Of a stretch of 14,367 bases of DNA, positions 1-8,021 are shown in pieces. The notes below the pieces were generated by a model, which was not told where the DNA came from, did not search any database, and saw only the letters and a program-made list of their open reading frames with translations. The stretch's first letter is position 1, and the number at the start of each line of letters is the position of its first letter. The stretch lies in contig JALUEE010000050.1 in the NCBI GenBank assembly GCA_027053075.1, forward strand, positions 1-14,367. The letters run 5' to 3'. This stretch comes from a candidate division WOR-3 bacterium (GTDB lineage Bacteria > Hydrothermota > Hydrothermia > B15-G9 > WFZT01). Made by a program: the position numbers and the translations under genes.

Positions 1-47
1 ACCTTGAGTTTGAAGGCTTCGGTATAATGTTTGTTGTTATCAGGCAT
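1..47 (-). CDS. N-terminus (runs off window) of a probable transposase/OrfA-type HTH protein, IS3/IS481-like
   Basis: Minus-strand ATG at 47, preceded by strong SD GAAAGGAGGT (55-64). Translates MPDNNKHYTEAFKLK(V), resembling the 'Y(S/T)xEFKLxxV' start of IS HTH proteins. Only ~15 codons visible. Confidence 0.5.
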   Translation of the reverse strand, partial: MPDNNKHYTEAFKLK

Positions 48-123
48 ATAAGTGACCTCCTTTCAGGGTTTTATAATCATCCACGTGGGGAGTTGTACTG
101 TAAACATATATCAGGACGGGACA
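1..123 (-). mobile_element. Probable left end of an IS3/IS481-like insertion sequence
   Basis: Minus strand begins TGTCCCGTCCTGATATATGTTTACA at 123 (5'-TG/TGT terminus), 76 nt upstream of the transposase-like start. The other end is outside the window. Confidence 0.4.
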
Positions 124-285
124 GAATGTCCAACGGAAAGTATTGAGATGGATATAAACATATTTTAGGCAGAAAGAAAAAAACAAGGTTTTACCCAGCT
201 GTTTAGTAGGTAGCAAGGGGTAATATTGTCAAAAATCTCATAGGCCATAGAAAGCAATGGTAAAAACGTTATACGATAATAGCAA

Positions 286-323
286 TATCAGATTTTATGA
301 CACTGTTGTTATCAATCTTGACA
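286..323. promoter_or_regulatory. Tandem GlnR/TnrA-like boxes upstream of glnA
   Basis: TGTTA-TCAATCT-TGACA (307-323) matches TGTNA-N7-TNACA exactly. TATCA-GATTTTA-TGACA (286-302) has one mismatch and is offset by 21 bp. Confidence 0.35.
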
Positions 324-337
324 AACATTATTGTTAT

Positions 338-380
338 CTCCCCCCACGCACAAAGTGCGTGGGGGAAGGAGAGGAGGGAG
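338..380. repeat. GC-rich REP-like palindrome
   Basis: CCCCCACGCAC-AAA-GTGCGTGGGGG (341-365) plus purine tail. Near-identical to the copy at 11611-11645. Confidence 0.75.
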
Positions 381-637
381 AATTTTCGGACAAGCTCAGA
401 ACTCAATTTGATCATCTCCCAGTAGGAGAAAAGAGTGAGTTTGATCATTCCATTTAACCATTGAGATATGTGACCTCTCTCCTTTGAGCCTCTCCACACC
501 GTTTGAAAATTCAATAGGTGTGCCTTTATCATATTTATCGGTTCTTTGTGAATAAATATTCCAAGAGGGGGATCCTGGATACGAAAACCCATTTAAATTT
601 TTCAATAATTTAAAATTCAATGGGAGGAGTGTTTGAT

Positions 638-1957
638 ATGGTCGAATCAGATCTCAGGCATATAATAAAAAGTGAGAAGGTTGAAGCCATAAGGCTATGG
701 TTCGTGGATATCCTCGGCCAGATAAAAGGATTCACCATCTCGGTTTCGGAACTGGACAGGGCACTTGAGGAGGGAATCGGCTTTGATGGTTCATCTGTTG
801 AAGGATTTGTCAGAATTGAGGAATCTGACCTCATTGCAAAACCGGATATAAATACATTCTTCGTTCTCCCCTGGGAAGTCGGGGGTGTAAAAACAGGTGT
901 TATGATCTGTGATATATACTACCCTGACGGAAAGCCCTTTGAATCCGACCCGAGGTATGTTCTCAAGAAAAATTTAGAAAAAGCGGCAAAGAAAGGATTT
1001 ACATACTATGTCGGGCCTGAGCTCGAATACTTCTATTTCCCAAATGACAAAGAGCCTTTACCTCTTGACAAGGAAGGTTACTTCGATGTCTTCCCCTTTG
1101 ACGAAGCGTCATATGCCCGTGAGGAGACTTTTCTTGTACTAAAGGATATTGGAATCGAGCTTGAGGCCATTCACCACGAGGTGGCGAATTCCCAGCACGA
1201 AATTGATTTTAGATACAAAGACGCGCTCAGGATGGCGGATCAGCTCATTATTACAAAGGCTATTGTTAAAGAAATCGCGAGGAGACACGGACTTTACGCA
1301 ACATTTATGCCTAAACCAATATTCGGAATGAACGGAAGTGGTCTTCATACACATCAATCGTTATTCAAAGATGGGGACAACGCATTCTACTCGCCTGATG
1401 ACCAGTACAATCTATCTGAGGTCGGCAAAGGCTTTCTTTCAGGCTTACTCACACATGCAAAGGAGATTACTGCAGTGACTAACCAATGGGTAAATTCATA
1501 CAAGAGACTCGTCGTGGGCTACGAGGCACCGGTTTACATTTCATGGGGTAGAAAGAACCGTTCGGCGCTTGTCAGGGTGCCTGCCTTCAAGCCTCAGAAA
1601 CACAAGTCCTGCAGACTTGAGTATCGCTCACCTGATCCGGGTACCAATCCTTATTTTGCATTCTCTGTTATGTTGGAAGCAGGTCTTGATGGCGTGGAGA
1701 AACAGTATCCTTTACCTGAGCCTATTGAAAAGGATATTTTCCATTTGAGCGAGGAAGAGAAAAAAGAGCTTGGAATTGATTCTCTCCCCGGAAATCTATA
1801 CGCAGCCATTCAGGAGATGGAGAAAAGTGAGGTGGTGAAAGAGGCCCTCGGTGAGGTTGTTTTTGAGAAGTACATAAAGAACAAAAAGGCAGAATGGGAA
1901 GCCTACCGGATACAGGTGACGGATTACGAGATTAAGACGTATCTTCCCAAGCTGTGA
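638..1957 (+). CDS. glnA: Glutamine synthetase type I (GSI-alpha size)
   Basis: Motifs FDGSS, EESD, GPELEY, HHEVA..QHEIDF, TFMPKP..NGSGLHTHQS, NSYKRLVVGYEAP, NRSALVRVP, RLEYRSPDP. Start moved from 620 to ATG 638 because SD GGAGGAG (623-629) precedes it. Confidence 0.95.
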   Translation: MVESDLRHIIKSEKVEAIRLWFVDILGQIKGFTISVSELDRALEEGIGFDGSSVEGFVRIEESDLIAKPDINTFFVLPWEVGGVKTGVMICDIYYPDGKPFESDPRYVLKKNLEKAAKKGFTYYVGPELEYFYFPNDKEPLPLDKEGYFDVFPFDEASYAREETFLVLKDIGIELEAIHHEVANSQHEIDFRYKDALRMADQLIITKAIVKEIARRHGLYATFMPKPIFGMNGSGLHTHQSLFKDGDNAFYSPDDQYNLSEVGKGFLSGLLTHAKEITAVTNQWVNSYKRLVVGYEAPVYISWGRKNRSALVRVPAFKPQKHKSCRLEYRSPDPGTNPYFAFSVMLEAGLDGVEKQYPLPEPIEKDIFHLSEEEKKELGIDSLPGNLYAAIQEMEKSEVVKEALGEVVFEKYIKNKKAEWEAYRIQVTDYEIKTYLPKL

Positions 1958-2763
1958 AGGCATTTAACCGGGTGGTCGGGGAGTTCGTAGAACTCCCCGA
2001 CCACTCTCAAAGAATAGTCTCCCTTGCCCCAAGCATAACCGATGCACTTTTCAGGCTCGGGGTGCAGGATAGGGTCGTTGGACTCTCTGGATTTTGCCAT
2101 AGACCACCTGAAACAAAGAACTACCCTAAAGTAGGCTCATACCTCTACGTAAACTACAAAAGGCTCGACAGCCTCAATCCTGATCTTATCATCACAACGG
2201 GGGGAGTGGAAACAAAAATAGCAAAAGAACTCTTTGAGAAAGGCTATCCAGTATTTTCCCTTCAACTTCCAGCTGATCCGTGGGAGATTTTATCAGGTGT
2301 ACACCTTCTGGGTGTTATTTTAGGCGTGCAAGATAGAGCGAGAGAGCTCATTTTTGAGATTGAAAATAAGTTTATCTCTCTCAGAAACCGCTTCCCGCAG
2401 ATAAAAACTTATGTAGAAATTGACCTCGGTGACGCGATAAGTGTCGGGGGACCAAGCTATATAAGTGCTGGACTCAACTGGATGGGACTACAAAATATTT
2501 ATAGCGATAGAGATGAAGCATACTTCGTTCCTGACGATAGTGAGACTATAAAAAGACAGCCCCGGATTGTCCTCTACGACCCCAAACCCCACAAAGTCCC
2601 ATCTTTTGAGGAAGTCAGGAATAAATTGATCAAACGCGGAATCCTGAAGGAATGGGTAGGGTTAATAGTAACTCAAGGGGACTGGCTCGCCCACTACGGT
2701 CCTTCTTTCCTTGATGTCATCCTTCCCGACATAGCAGAGAAAGTCAGAGCTGCCCTTGATTAA
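1954..2763 (+). CDS. Helical-backbone metal receptor (BtuF/cobalamin-Fe-siderophore binding protein family), no signal peptide
   Basis: RIVSLAPSITDALFRLG, RVVG.S..C..P, 'L.PDLII' family motifs. GTG start overlaps the glnA TGA (GTGA). Confidence 0.8.
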   Translation: MKAFNRVVGEFVELPDHSQRIVSLAPSITDALFRLGVQDRVVGLSGFCHRPPETKNYPKVGSYLYVNYKRLDSLNPDLIITTGGVETKIAKELFEKGYPVFSLQLPADPWEILSGVHLLGVILGVQDRARELIFEIENKFISLRNRFPQIKTYVEIDLGDAISVGGPSYISAGLNWMGLQNIYSDRDEAYFVPDDSETIKRQPRIVLYDPKPHKVPSFEEVRNKLIKRGILKEWVGLIVTQGDWLAHYGPSFLDVILPDIAEKVRAALD

Positions 2764-2826
2764 AAAATCGTGTTACTCAATCTTGGTCCCGTATCAAAAA
2801 TTTCAAGATGTTGCCCCTTACCTTTA

Positions 2827-2861
2827 TCCTCTCCCCGCAAGGAATTTATGCGGGGAGAGGA
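2827..2861. repeat. REP-like palindrome; possible terminator for the glnA transcript
   Basis: TCCTCTCCCCGCA-9nt-TGCGGGGAGAGGA, 13-bp stem. Near-identical copy at 11953-11986. Confidence 0.7.
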
Positions 2862-3203
2862 AGTTTCATTGGGACCACACATATCTTCTGTGTATAAAAT
2901 GAATCAAAAATTATCCCTGCTGAGTTTGCAGGCATAAAAATTGAAAAAATTACCCCCTTTTCCCCACAAGTATTACTGCGAGGGAGAGGACTTTTTAAAT
3001 GCGGATTCAAACTACTGTCTAAGCTTGTAGGAAATAAATATTTTATTCCTCTGAACTCTACGAATTGCCATCCACATGATTATTTCTCCATTCTCGCGGG
3101 CCAAACTTTATAGACCGAGTCTTTTGAAAATTTTCCAAAAGTCCTGCTTGCGCAACTTAACATAAAAAACTAATTACAAGAAATCTTAAGTCGGTGGAAA
3201 CTT

Positions 3204-3241
3204 TCCCTACCCCACGCAAAGCGCGGGGGAGGGTGACGGGT
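3204..3241. repeat. REP-like palindrome that is the target of MITE copy A
   Basis: CCCTACCCCACGC-AAA-GCGCGGGGGAGGG. Its tail resumes after the MITE (GGGGGTATTCCGCTTGAAA), matching the uninterrupted copy at 11429-11503. Confidence 0.7.
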
Positions 3242-3457
3242 CTGACGTCACCCACGAATTTCTGGAAAATAACACCTCATCCCTTACCACGACTACAAAA
3301 AGGTGTACTACGCTCAATATTTGAACACTCTCTTTATACGGTATAAACGAATATATCCTTCCGGTAAAAGTTGTTGATTTAGTGCGAAAAATTGAATTTC
3401 CCGCCCAGATTGCGTTGTATAAATATACATGAAAAGCAAAAACATGGGTGATGTCAG
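3242..3457 (+). mobile_element. MITE copy A (216 bp, non-autonomous)
   Basis: Terminal inverted repeats CTGACGTCACCCACG / CATGGGTGATGTCAG. 10-bp direct repeat GGTGACGGGT at 3232-3241 and 3458-3467. Reverse complement of 13976-14191 with 2 mismatches by manual comparison. Confidence 0.92.
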
Positions 3458-3706
3458 GGTGACGGGTGGGGGTATTCCGCTTGAAATTTTAGAAGATTCA
3501 ATACATAAAACTTTTCATCGCAAGTATTTCTGCTCGGGAGAAGAAGATTTGGAAGAGATATTTGGCTCTAAGAAATCCTCACATAAATCTTCCCCTTTGA
3601 GCCAATTTTCACCAGTTTCAACGAGTTACTCCAATAAATCCCGTGATTTTGAGAATTAGTATCATTTAAAAATAGGATTTTAGTCTAATTGTTTTTTATA
3701 AAATAT

Positions 3707-3735
3707 TTGACATTATTAATTTAATTACTTAAAAT
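3707..3735 (+). promoter_or_regulatory. Sigma70-type promoter of the arsR-psr operon (likely leaderless or near-leaderless mRNA)
   Basis: TTGACA (3707-3712), 17 nt spacer, TAAAAT (3730-3735). ATG is 9 nt after the -10 element and has no SD. Confidence 0.75.
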
Positions 3736-3744
3736 TTTTGTACT

Positions 3745-4083
3745 ATGGATAAAGAGACTTATCTCAACGAATTGACACACCTACAGGCGGAATTGTGCAA
3801 GGCATTCGTTAACCCTGTGAGAATTGCCATTATAAAGGTTTTATCTGATGGAGAGGAATCAGTTTCTGAGATAGCCTCAAAAGTGGGTGTTCCCATCCAG
3901 AATATTTCACAACACGTGAAGATCCTAAAAGATGCAGGAATTGTCGGGATGAGGCGTGATGGCCACAAAATTTACTATTCACTTGAAGACAAAAGAATTG
4001 TGGAAATCTGCGACTTGATGAAAGATATCCTCATCGAAATTATGAGGAAGAAAGCCAGTATCTTTCATAAGAATATTGAATAG
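3745..4083 (+). CDS. ArsR/SmtB family transcriptional regulator
   Basis: KAFVNPVRIAII..L..GE.SVSEIA..VG....NISQHVKILKDAGIV..RRDG..IYYSL winged-HTH pattern. Two Cys, C18 and C89. Confidence 0.92.
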   Translation: MDKETYLNELTHLQAELCKAFVNPVRIAIIKVLSDGEESVSEIASKVGVPIQNISQHVKILKDAGIVGMRRDGHKIYYSLEDKRIVEICDLMKDILIEIMRKKASIFHKNIE

Positions 4084-4094
4084 GAGGTTTTTTT

Positions 4095-6446
4095 ATGAGT
4101 AATGGGAGGTTAACTCGTAGACAATTTTTGAAAGGAACTGCCCTTGTGGCAGGTACGACCATCCTCCCTACCGGTCTCGTGAGGGCACAGCGCCGGCCCA
4201 CTACCTGGCACGGCAGGGAGCGTGTAACGGAAATTCCCTCTACCTGTGAGATGTGCTTCTGGAGATGTGGAATAATCGGTGAAGTGAAAGATGGAAGACT
4301 GGTGAAGATCAAAGGAAATCCACTTCATCCAAACAACCGTGGAAAAATATGCGCACGTGGTAACGCGGGGCTCAAGACTCTCTACGATCCAGATAGATTG
4401 AAATACCCGCTCATGAGAGTGGGGAAACGCGGTGAAGCCAAGTGGAGAAGGGTTTCATGGAATGAAGCGCTCGATTACATGGTCGATAAACTGAAAAACA
4501 TAAAATCCAAATACGGGCCCGAGGCAATTGCCATGTTCCCCCACGGAGTTTCGTCAAGGCTGCTGAAATCCGTATTTGCCAGCTGGGGAGTTGTTAACTT
4601 TGCCGTTGCATCCTTCAACCACTGTAAAGGGCCAAGAGACGTGGGATTTAAGCTCACTTTTGGCACATCACCTGGCTCTCCTGAACGGCTTGACCTACCC
4701 AATGCGAGCATGATTGTGCTTATAGGCTCACATCTTGGTGAAAATATTCACACAGGGCAGGTGAGAGAATTTGCCGAAGCTATTGGAAGAGGTGCAAAGA
4801 TTGTTGTTGTAGACCCCAGATTCTCCACAGCCGCATCCAAGGCACACTGGTGGCTACCAATAAGGCCAGGGTCTGATATTGCTTTGCTTCTTGCCTGGAT
4901 TAACGTTCTCATTGAAAAAGACCTCTACGATAAAGAATTCGTCAACCGATATACATACGGATTTGAGGAACTTAAAAAGGCAATAAAGCCTTACACGCCG
5001 GAATGGGCAGAAAAAGTCACAGACATCCCGGCCTCAACCATCAGAGAAATCGCTGTTGAGATGGGAATTAGGAAACCGTCTGTCCTTGTCCATCCCGGAC
5101 GACATACGGTGTGGTACGGAAACGATGTTCAGAGATCAAGAGCGATAGCTATTCTGGTTGCACTCCTTGGTTCATGGGGAAAGCCGGGAGGCTATTTTCT
5201 CCCGACCCCTCTTAAAAAATCCAAATGTCCATGCCCTAAACAGGAGAAACCGCCAAAGGATGTTTGTGAGGCCAGTGGCAAAGACATTTATCCATTTCAC
5301 GAGGAAGGTGTGCCATCACAATGTGTGGTAGATGCTACACTAACAGGCAAACCCTATCCGATAAAGGCCTGGATCACCTATGGAACAAACATAATTCAAT
5401 CCATTCCACAGCCCGAGAGGACTATTAAAGCAATTGAAAAACTCGATCTGCTCGTTGCCATCGATATTCTGCCGACCGACCCCTCACTCTACGCCGATGT
5501 TATTCTCCCAGAGGCGACATACCTTGAAAGATATGACCTGCCTTTTGTCGTTTCCAACTGGACTGACCCTTATGTAGCAATTCGTCAGCCTGTTGTAAAA
5601 CCACTATTCCAGTCAAAAGGACCTTTCTGGATTGCCAAAGAAGTATCTAAACGCCTTGGACTCAAAAACTGCTTACCATGCAACAGCGAAGAGGAGATGA
5701 TCGACAAAATCCTTGAACCCTTAAACATTTCACTTGGGGATTTGACCAACAAAGGAGTCCTGAGTTTCCCCGGCAGGCCATATGACACAAGGAATCTCAG
5801 ATTTAGAACCCCAACAGGCAAGATTGAGCTTTATTCAACGAAGCTCGCTGCCAAAGGCTTTAGTCCGATTCCAGTCTTCGAACCAGTTGATGAGCCACCT
5901 AAGGGTTATTTCAGGCTCATTTACGGCCGCTCCCCTGTTCATTCATTCACGAGGACTGTGAATAATGAGTGGCTGGATGAAATTTACCCTGAGAACAGGG
6001 TGTGGCTCAACGAAAAGGCAGCAGAAAAAATGGGCATCAAGGATGGAGACGAGGTCTATCTCGTTAATCAGGACGGTGTCAAAGAAGGTCCGGTAAAGGT
6101 TTTCGTAACACCGGGTATCAGAGATGACTGCGTTTTCATTGTCCACGGATTCGGACAGAAAAATCCCATGATGAGGAGAGCTTACAACAAAGGTATTTCG
6201 GACTCCTTCTTGATGACAAGAATCAAGCCTGATCCAATCGCAGGCTCTACGGGAATGAGGGTGAATTTCGTGAAGATCGAAAAGAATGGCAAGCTCCTTG
6301 AATACACGCCCGAGGGATACGAAGAGCGTCTAAAAGAAATGAAAGCGGCCCATGTGACTCCGACCATAAAGATTCAGAAACCCGCGAATGTCCAGCCCGA
6401 GCAACCTCAGCCACAGGAAGAGGAAGAAGAAGAGGAAGGATGCTAA
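4095..6446 (+). CDS. psrA: Polysulfide/thiosulfate reductase catalytic subunit (PsrA/PhsA-type Mo/W-bisPGD enzyme), Tat-exported
   Basis: Tat motif TRRQFLK; FS0 motif CEMCFWRC-x27-C; YDPDRLKYP; candidate Mo-ligand Cys in SFNHCKGP; HPGRHTVWYG resembles Thermus PsrA; ADVILPEATYLER; SD AGGAGGT. Confidence 0.85.
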   Translation: MSNGRLTRRQFLKGTALVAGTTILPTGLVRAQRRPTTWHGRERVTEIPSTCEMCFWRCGIIGEVKDGRLVKIKGNPLHPNNRGKICARGNAGLKTLYDPDRLKYPLMRVGKRGEAKWRRVSWNEALDYMVDKLKNIKSKYGPEAIAMFPHGVSSRLLKSVFASWGVVNFAVASFNHCKGPRDVGFKLTFGTSPGSPERLDLPNASMIVLIGSHLGENIHTGQVREFAEAIGRGAKIVVVDPRFSTAASKAHWWLPIRPGSDIALLLAWINVLIEKDLYDKEFVNRYTYGFEELKKAIKPYTPEWAEKVTDIPASTIREIAVEMGIRKPSVLVHPGRHTVWYGNDVQRSRAIAILVALLGSWGKPGGYFLPTPLKKSKCPCPKQEKPPKDVCEASGKDIYPFHEEGVPSQCVVDATLTGKPYPIKAWITYGTNIIQSIPQPERTIKAIEKLDLLVAIDILPTDPSLYADVILPEATYLERYDLPFVVSNWTDPYVAIRQPVVKPLFQSKGPFWIAKEVSKRLGLKNCLPCNSEEEMIDKILEPLNISLGDLTNKGVLSFPGRPYDTRNLRFRTPTGKIELYSTKLAAKGFSPIPVFEPVDEPPKGYFRLIYGRSPVHSFTRTVNNEWLDEIYPENRVWLNEKAAEKMGIKDGDEVYLVNQDGVKEGPVKVFVTPGIRDDCVFIVHGFGQKNPMMRRAYNKGISDSFLMTRIKPDPIAGSTGMRVNFVKIEKNGKLLEYTPEGYEERLKEMKAAHVTPTIKIQKPANVQPEQPQPQEEEEEEEGC

Positions 6447-6459
6447 GGAGGATTAGGAA

Positions 6460-7200
6460 ATGACAAAATATGCAATGGTCATAAACGTTGAGAAATGTGT
6501 TGGATGCCATGCCTGTGAACTCGCCTGTAAGGCAGAGTGGGGAGTGGCTGAAAACGAACACAGAACCTGGGTAAAGCCAACCTATCCCCAGTCCCTTGGA
6601 GGAAAAGGATTATTTGATTTAGTCGCTGCTTTTTATGTGGGTCAATGCAATCATTGTGACCATCCTACATGCGTGGAAGCGTGCCCCACTGGGGCAACTT
6701 TTAAACGAGAAGACGGAATCGTGGTAGTCGATTACGACCTTTGCATAGGCTGCGGTTACTGCGTGGAGGCATGCCCCTATGGTGCACGTTACATTCATCC
6801 TACTCTCAAAAAAGTGGATAAATGTGACTTCTGCGCACCAAGACTTGAAAAGGGCCTCGAGCCTGCATGTGTCGAGACCTGTATAACTGGTGCCAAGGTC
6901 TTTGGTGACCTCGAAGACCCCACAAGTGAAGTTTACAAGCTGGTTTATGAGGAGGGTGCGCGCGGTATAACTTCAGAAGAGGTTAATATTGGCCCCAACG
7001 TCTATTACATCGGAGACGAGAAAAAAGTTGACCTGATAATCAATAAGTTCCCGCCGAGAAAGCCCAAGCTGCCAACACCTGCTTCAATATGGGAAAAGCT
7101 CTTGAAACCTCTACTTGGACTCGGAGTGGTAGCCTCCTTCCTTGGAGCATCAGTTGCCTACTTCATCCAGCTTTTCAAAGGTGAAGATAAATTTGAATAA
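6460..7200 (+). CDS. psrB: 4x[4Fe-4S] electron-transfer subunit (PsrB/PhsB/NrfC-like) with C-terminal TM helix
   Basis: CVGCHACELAC, CNHCDHPTCVEACP, CIGCGYCVEACP, CDFC..ACVETC. Hydrophobic C-terminus LLGLGVVASFLGASVAYFI. Confidence 0.88.
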   Translation: MTKYAMVINVEKCVGCHACELACKAEWGVAENEHRTWVKPTYPQSLGGKGLFDLVAAFYVGQCNHCDHPTCVEACPTGATFKREDGIVVVDYDLCIGCGYCVEACPYGARYIHPTLKKVDKCDFCAPRLEKGLEPACVETCITGAKVFGDLEDPTSEVYKLVYEEGARGITSEEVNIGPNVYYIGDEKKVDLIINKFPPRKPKLPTPASIWEKLLKPLLGLGVVASFLGASVAYFIQLFKGEDKFE

Positions 7201-7215
7201 AAGGAGTGGAGAAAA

Positions 7216-7986
7216 ATGAGAAAAGAAATCCTTGAAAAATTCTTACCGTTAACATTTGAGGAGAGGGAAGAGCTCAAGAAAAAGAAGATCAAAAAGCACG
7301 ATATCGCCACCATTTATCTCCACTGGTTCAATGCCACAGTATGGTTTATCGAGCTTATAACGGGCTCAGCCCTCATCATTTCAAAATACTACAAGTTCAC
7401 CCCCCACTTCTGGCAAAAATTGTGGATGGAGATCTTTGGCACGCGGGCAAATATGCTGAAATTCCACATCTTCACAGGAGTTCTATGGATAATCGTCCTC
7501 CTTATCTACGCAGTTTTTGGCTACAAAAATTATCTCTGGGGCTACTTCAAAAACATGCTACTCCTCACTAAAGATGACATCCTGTGGGTTTACTACAAAG
7601 GCATGCAGATACTCGGCAAAAAGGTTCAGCTTCCTCCTCAGGGAATTTATAACGGTGGTCAAAAGCTCTACGCGTGGGATGTTGCCATTGGCACAATTCT
7701 TATAGCCATTACTGGTCCCATTATGGCATTTCACCTTGGAAGTGTCACTCTCGTTAGATGGGCAATAGCTGTCCACTTCCTCGCAGTTGGGCTTGTTCTC
7801 ATGGGACTTTTCGTTCACATCTACATGGCAGCCTTCATGCCCGAGGAACGCCAGTCCTTCTTCTCCATGTTCACCGGGTATGTAAACGAGCTCTATGCCT
7901 ACGAACACCACTACAAGTGGTGGAGAGAGATGGTCAAAGAGCGTGAAAAATGGCTCGAAGAGTATAAGAAAGAGATTGAAAAATAA
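7216..7986 (+). CDS. Diheme cytochrome b membrane anchor (FdnI/PhsC-like)
   Basis: Four TM segments with His in YLHWFNA, KFHIFTG, AVHFL and FVHIY. 'PPQGIYNGGQK' and 'SMFTGYV...A.EHH..W' resemble FdnI. Confidence 0.85.
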   Translation: MRKEILEKFLPLTFEEREELKKKKIKKHDIATIYLHWFNATVWFIELITGSALIISKYYKFTPHFWQKLWMEIFGTRANMLKFHIFTGVLWIIVLLIYAVFGYKNYLWGYFKNMLLLTKDDILWVYYKGMQILGKKVQLPPQGIYNGGQKLYAWDVAIGTILIAITGPIMAFHLGSVTLVRWAIAVHFLAVGLVLMGLFVHIYMAAFMPEERQSFFSMFTGYVNELYAYEHHYKWWREMVKEREKWLEEYKKEIEK

Positions 7987-8021
7987 CTTCAAGAGGCATG
8001 AATTTGCCTGGAGGTGATAAT

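Noticed and set aside
257..620. Short ORFs upstream of glnA (257-457, 269-592, 396-620)
   Set aside because: No recognisable motifs; they run through AT-rich regulatory DNA, and two cross a REP palindrome.
2813..3500. CRISPR array or integron attC sites
   Set aside because: No regularly spaced identical repeats with unique spacers, no cas or integrase genes, and no clear attC core sites.
3429..3659. 76-aa ORF
   Set aside because: Starts inside the MITE and reads through the TSD/REP tail; no recognisable domain.
4095..7986. Formate dehydrogenase (suggested by the FdnI-like anchor)
   Set aside because: The catalytic subunit lacks the FDH Cys/Sec-His motif and shows PsrA-like motifs in a sulfur-gene context.
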